This document shows positions 58,303 to 64,000 of a DNA stretch of 64,000 nucleotides, one piece after another. The position numbers were made by a program, and so were the translations under genes. The notes beneath the pieces are model-generated. The model worked only from the letters and a program-made list of their open reading frames with translations. It searched no databases and was not told the DNA's origin. The first letter of the stretch is position 1. Each line of letters starts with the position of its first letter. The DNA comes from Nemertoderma westbladi (Eukaryota; Animalia; Xenacoelomorpha), in assembly GCA_032718475.1 (NCBI GenBank), contig JAUCBJ010003160.1, positions 4,880-68,879 of the forward strand. The letters are read 5' to 3'.

Positions 58303-59842
58303 TTAAGACCAATCGTGCCAGTGGAGTAGATGGTGTTCCCCCTGAGGTCTTTAAAATACCTGAGTGTTTAAAGCTCATTTATCCCATCATAGTAGACATG
58401 TACCGAACAACAAGAGTCCCACAAGAAATGAAAACGAATAAGTTGGTGCCAGTTCCCAAGAAGGGCAACCTAACACTCTATGGTTCTTTTCGGGGAATCT
58501 CATTGATCTCGATTGCTGCAAAGCTATACAATAGGATTCTATTAAATCGCATCAGGGATCCAATTGAGAGACTGCTCCGTGGAAATCAGAATGGGTTCCG
58601 TAAAGGTCGTGGGACCTTGGAGCCCATTTTGGCACTTAGAAGGATAATTGAAGAATTATCAAAAAAGAAAGACAGGCATCTGGCTGTTATCTTTGTTGAC
58701 TTCTTCAAGGCCTTTGATTCAGTCTCTCGCTCACGTATGTTCAGCATACTTTCATTATATGGGATTCCTGATGAAATTATTGCAGCAATCAGATCAGTAT
58801 ACGATGGTTCGACAACATTTGTGTCTACTGTTGACGGTGACACAGAACCATGTTATGGAGCGTCCCCCAAGGAGACACACTTGCACCATTCTTGTTCATT
58901 ATTGTGGTTGACTATGTTCCACGCATGTCCTTAGATCATCATAATGATGATGGGGTGATGATAACTCCACCTACTGGCTCCAGAAGTCGAGGAAATCCTG
59001 CCAAGTACCTAACTGATCTAGACTTTGCTGATGACTTAGGAGTACTCTCAGAATCATTAGAGGGAGCCCAACGGCTCCTCAACTCATTAGAACATGCTGC
59101 TTCTAGTGTTGGTCTTTTTATTAACTCCAGAAAGACCAACATTTTTACAGTTAACTTTGAAAGTCCTCAGCAAGTCTCTGATCGGATGAGCATAAGCTCA
59201 AAGGATGGTATGCTTGAGCATGTGGACGACTTCTGTTACCTGGGATCATGGATCCGGAAGTCAGGTGAGGACCTTCGAATACGTAAGGGAAAGGCATGGG
59301 CAGCCTTGAATAGGTTTTCCAGGATTTGGAAGTCACCGAGAATTAATCGGAAACTTAAGGTCCGATTATTTAGAGCAGCAGTAGTTCCAGTACTCCTCTA
59401 CGGGAGTCCATGCTGGGCTCTAACTGCTGAGGACACCCAATCTCTGGATGGCACATTCACAAGAATGCTACGCCGGGTTCATTGTGTCAAGTACAATGCA
59501 CATATCTCCAACCAGACACTATATAACATTGGAGGTGTCTCATTGGTTCCCCCAAGCTTGACACTAGAACAAAATCGCCTCCGCTTTGCAGGACATTGCT
59601 TTCGCCGTGAGGACCAGCCAGTGCATAATCTTGTACTTTGGCAGCCTCATGGAGTGAATAAGCATGGTGGACAGCCTATGACTTTCTTGAGACGCATCTT
59701 AAAGGACACTGGCCTTGAAGATGCGGATGATCTAGCAAATGTCATGGGTGATAGGGAGTTGTGGCGGTGCAATTTTGTTGACAAGCCGGCACAGCATTCT
59801 TAAAAATGCAGCTGCAATGCAGCATGCCGATCCTAGTAGTAG
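58303..59842 (+). mobile_element. RTE family A copy 2, 3' part (RT, frameshifted)
   Basis: DFFKAFDS, QGD, DFADD, (TAG)n tail. Confidence 0.92.
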
Positions 59843-60905
59843 TATCCCATCATAGTAGACATGTACCGAACTACAAGAGTCCCACAAGAAATGAAAACAA
59901 ATAAGTTGGTGCCAGTTCCCAAGAAGGGCAACCTAACACTCTATGGTTCTTTTCGGGGAATCTCATTGATATCGATTGCTGGTGCTGCAAAGCTATACAA
60001 TAGAATTATATTAAATCGCATCAGGGATCCCATTGAGAGACTGCTCCGTGGAAATCATAACGGGTTCCGTAAAGGTCGTGGGACCATGGAACCCATTTTG
60101 GCAATTAGAAGGATAATTGAAGAGTTATCAAAAAAGAAAGACAGGCATCTGGCTGTTATCTTTGTTGACTTCTTCAAGGCCTTTGATTCAGTCTCCCGCT
60201 CACGTATGTTCAGCATACTTTCATTATATGGGATTCCTGATGAATTTATTGCAGCAATCAGATCAGTATACGATGGTTCGACAACATTTGTGTCTACTGT
60301 TGACGGTGACACAGAACCATTTGAAGTGTTATGGGGCGTCCTCCAGGGAGACACACTTGCACCATTCTTGTTCATAATTGTGGTTGACTATGTTCTACGC
60401 ATGTCCTTAGATCATCATAATGATGATGGGGTGATGATAACTCCACCTACTGGCTCCAGAAGTCGAGGAAATCCTGCCAAGTACCTAACTGATCTAGACT
60501 TTGCTGATGACTTAGGAGTACTCTCAGAATCACTAGAGGGAGCCCAACGGCTCCTCAGCTCATTAGAACATGCTGCTTCTAGTGTTGGTCTTTTTATTAA
60601 CTCCAGAAAGACCAAAATTTTGACAGTTAACTTTGAAAGTTCTCAGCAAGTCTCTGATCGGATGAGCATAAGCTCAAGTGCATAATCTTGTACTTTGGCA
60701 GCCTCATGGGGTGAATAAGCATGGTGGACAGCCCATGACTTTCTTCAGACGCATCTTAAAGGACACTGGCCTTGAAGATGCGGATGATCTAGCAAATGTC
60801 ATGGGTGATAGGGAGTTGTGGCGGCGCAATTTTGTCGACAAGCCGACACAGCATTCTTAAAAATGCAGCTGCAATGCAGCATGCCGATACTAGTAGTAGT
60901 AGTAG
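59843..60905 (+). mobile_element. RTE family A copy 3, 5'-truncated, internal deletion at ~60677
   Basis: Tandem near-identical repeat of 58380-59842 with a deletion; (TAG)n tail. Confidence 0.9.
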
Positions 60906-60906
60906 T

Positions 60907-61277
60907 CGATCCTCAGATCGGTAGTGAAGCCAACCAAGCTCCAACCTCGAGCAAGATTTCTTAGCATATGTATTACCTTTCATATTAACATCCTGATCTC
61001 GGATTCGTTTTGAACCTTTAGCTATTCCCAGCCTATTTCGTATCCGATCCAATACAGTATTTCCAATAGAGTCGGCGTTCGATTCAGAGGTTGGGTTAGG
61101 ATTATTAGAACTACTGGCACCGTTCATCTGCCTACAAAATGCCTTTACAGAAACTCGGTCGCCGTATGCTGGTAAGTAAAGTTTCAGTTCAACGTCATTT
61201 AGTAGTAATATAACTTCTGGGCTTATCTTGTCGGTTACCATCCGAGGAATGAACTCGCCCAAGCTTCGTTCTCTCAT
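60907..61277 (-). pseudogene. N-terminal fragment of the SAM-like/HECT-type cargo gene of IS3EU element 2
   Basis: DKISPEVILLLNDVELKLYLPAYGDRVSVKAFCR...MKGNTYAKK..RLELGWLHY matches the N-terminus of the 19529 gene. Confidence 0.85.
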
Positions 61278-61497
61278 GAATGTTTCAAGTTCGTTATAAT
61301 ATATTCACACTTAAGTCAGTATACCTGCAGCCGTTAAGATAAACGCGAAATATATAATAGGCCTATACTGAACAGTAACATAAGAACCACTGATATACAA
61401 TTTTAATTTCCTTCCAATTTAGTTCTCCCATGTTACTACAACCAATCAAACAACTCCAAATTTGTAATATTAACGTAAATGGTCGTTGGAGCTATCA

Positions 61498-61817
61498 TGA
61501 GGGCTCGTGTTAGCTAACACGAGGGCTCGTGTTAGCAAACACGTGGGCTCGTGTTACTAACACGAGGGTTCGTGTTAGCTAACACGAGGGCTCGTGTTAG
61601 CTAACACGTGGGCTCGTGTTAGTAACACGAGGGCTCGTGTTAGCTAACATGAGGGCTCGTGTTAGCAAACACGTGGGCTCGTGTTACTAACACGAGGGTT
61701 CGTGTTAGCTAACACGAGGGCTCGTGTTAGCTAACACGTGGGCTCGTGTTAGCTAACACGAGGGCTCGTGTTAGCTAACACGATGGCTCGTGTTAGTAAC
61801 ACGAGGGCTCGTGTTAG
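61498..61817. repeat. Subterminal palindromic array, right arm of IS3EU element 2
   Basis: (TAACACGAGGGCTCGTGTTAGC)n. Confidence 0.93.
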
Positions 61818-63094
61818 AAAAATATTTTTCTCATGTCCCTTCCCGGGCTCCGTATATTAGACTGAGACTGACACCAAAGCCAAAGGCAGTACAGAAGAGA
61901 GTACTGATAGTTACGTTAATAAGTGTCAGTCAAAGGCTATCCAAGACAACGAAGACCTAATTAATTAGATTGAAGTTTGTTAAACATTGCACTAAGGGTC
62001 GGTTTTACTCAAAAAAAACAAACATGTTTCAATATTTACAGTAATACATATCACTACAGGCGGATGATTTAGACAACATCGCAAAAATAGCAAAAATAAA
62101 ATGAAAAATATCTGAAAAATAGCTTATTTTTGATAAATTTGCGATTTCTCCAGAATAATGAGGCCTGGCTATCAGTCTGCTTATTTTATAAATCTTTCAA
62201 TAGCCTGTGTAGCAGTTGTCTCCTAATTGGCTAATATTTAATGAGGTTATTCCTACTGTCCTATATTACCTGAGTGGCTGATTTCTGAATTGTAGATTCA
62301 ACATCTAAGCGCTAGTCACTGTGCTATACAGTAAATAGTACGTACTATCACTGTATAGCTGTATCAGACTGTTGACTGAACAGTGCCGTTGTAGGGTGTA
62401 CCGGCGTGTACTGGTGTAGGCCTAATAATATTCAACATTTTGCAGCATTACACATTGCACATCCAGGTGGAGAGCGCAAATGGAGCATTTGCGCCGTGCG
62501 AGTGCATGGCCGACGGCGTTGGCCATGTGGTATTGTTCTAGAATATTACAGTATTATTATTCCCATGTAAAGTTAAAAGTTAAAGCCCATGTTGCTGATG
62601 GAAAATAACAAATGCCTACCTTGATTTTGTTAAGGTCAGTTTTGTTTATACTTGAAGTCTTACATATATAAGTATACATGGGCATAATATTCCAAATACT
62701 TTTGTTGCGCCTGTCGATTCGTATAAATCGACAGGCGCATAGACCCCCCCCAATTTATATTACTTGTGTATTATTATTTGTGGAAGTAACACATAACCCT
62801 AAGCTGGTGGAAGTGGAGGTCTTTTGGAACACACCAGAAATACCAGAGAACATTATATAAATTATAATTCTTTGCACTAAAGTGCATTCTTCTTGAAATT
62901 ATGTGCAAAATTTCAACCATGCATACGAATCAGTAGTCATCAATAATAATATATATAGTATTCCACAACAATTAGTTATTGTAAATATATGTTAAATGAA
63001 ACATTTTTTGGTGGGGGTGGGGGGGGGGGGGGGTTGGTATTTTGGGGTGGAAGGGTCCGGGTAACCATATACTATAGCTGGGGTTGGGTATCTG

Positions 63095-63537
63095 GGGACT
63101 GAAATTGGTAACCGGAAATTGAATTGGTAACTAGAGATTGGAAACTGAAATTAGTAACCGGGGACTAAAATTGGTAACCGGCGACTGAAATTGGTAACCA
63201 GTGACTGAAATTTGTAACCGGTGACTGAAATTGGTAACCTGGGACTGAAATTGGTAACCGGCGACTGAAATTGGTAACCAGTGACTGAAATTTGTAACCA
63301 GTGACTGAAATTGGTAACCTGGGACTGAAATTGGAAATCAGAAACTGAAATCGGTAACCGGGGACTGAAATTTGAAACCAGAAACTGAATTGGAAACCAG
63401 TGACTGAAATTGGTAACCAGTCACTTGAATTGGTAATCACGGACTGAAATTGGTAACCGGGGACTGAAATTGGTAACCAGTCACTTGAATTGGTAATCGG
63501 GGACTGAAATTGGTAACCCGCGTCTGAAATTGGTAAC
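63095..63537. repeat. Minisatellite, ~20-bp unit (GACTGAAATTGGTAACCRGK)
   Basis: About 22 visible tandem copies. Confidence 0.93.
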
Positions 63538-63561
63538 ATAACACATCACACAAAATGGTAT

Positions 63562-64000
63562 TACTACTACTAGGATCGGCATGCTGCATTGCAGCTGCAT
63601 TTTTAAGAATGCTGTGCCGGCTTATCGACAAAATTGCACCGCCACAACTCCCTATCACCCATGACATTTGAAAGATCATCCGCATCTTCAAGGCCAGTGT
63701 CCTTTAAGATGCGTCTCAAGAAAGTCATGGGCTGTCCACCATGCTTATTCACTCCATGAGGCTGCCAAAGTACAAGATTATGCACTGGCTGGTCCTCATG
63801 GCGAAAGCAATGTCCTGCAAAGCGGAGGCGATTTTGTTCTAGTGTCAAGCTTGGGGGAACCAATAAGACACCTCCAATGTTATATAGTGTCTGGTTGGAG
63901 ATGTGTGCATTGAACTTGACACAATGAACCCGGCGTAGCATTCTTGTGAATGTGCCATCCAGAGATTTGGTGTCCTCAGCAGTTAGAGCCCAGCATGGAC
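63562..64000 (-). mobile_element. RTE family A copy 4, 3' end (runs off the window)
   Basis: Same 3' ORF end (DKPAQHS) and (TAG)n tail. Confidence 0.92.

Larger units (their letters stand above)
49054..61854. mobile_element. IS3EU-type DNA transposon 2 (long TIRs; interior replaced by nested insertions)
   Basis: TAC(T/G)GAGCCCGGGAAGGGACATGAGAAAAATATTTTTC at both ends. Inverted similarity extends over ~49054-49445 / 61370-61854. TSD CATTAG/TATTAG. Confidence 0.85.

Overview
Eukaryotic (animal, probably marine invertebrate) repeat-dense window. It holds one clear host gene, a two-exon C9orf72 homologue (6762-8707, minus), next to satellite arrays. The rest is a stack of nested transposable elements: an RTE-clade LINE family present in several copies, a Mag-like Gypsy fragment, two related TAYGG-ended (IS3EU-type) DNA transposons that each pair a transposase with a convergent SAM-like/HECT E3-ligase-type gene, a Kolobok-Hydra-type element, a hAT MITE, a tRNA-derived SINE and a 15.4-kb BEL/Pao-derived LTR element. 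The LTR element is the most unusual feature. It keeps gag-protease but lacks RT and integrase. It carries a separate ~1,417-aa ORF with a DnaQ-like 3'-5' exonuclease domain and CCHC zinc knuckles, preceded by tandem RNA hairpin/pseudoknot units that show compensatory changes. A diverged second copy of that cargo gene lies 2 kb beyond the 3' LTR. All family calls come from motif recognition by eye; no database searches were run.
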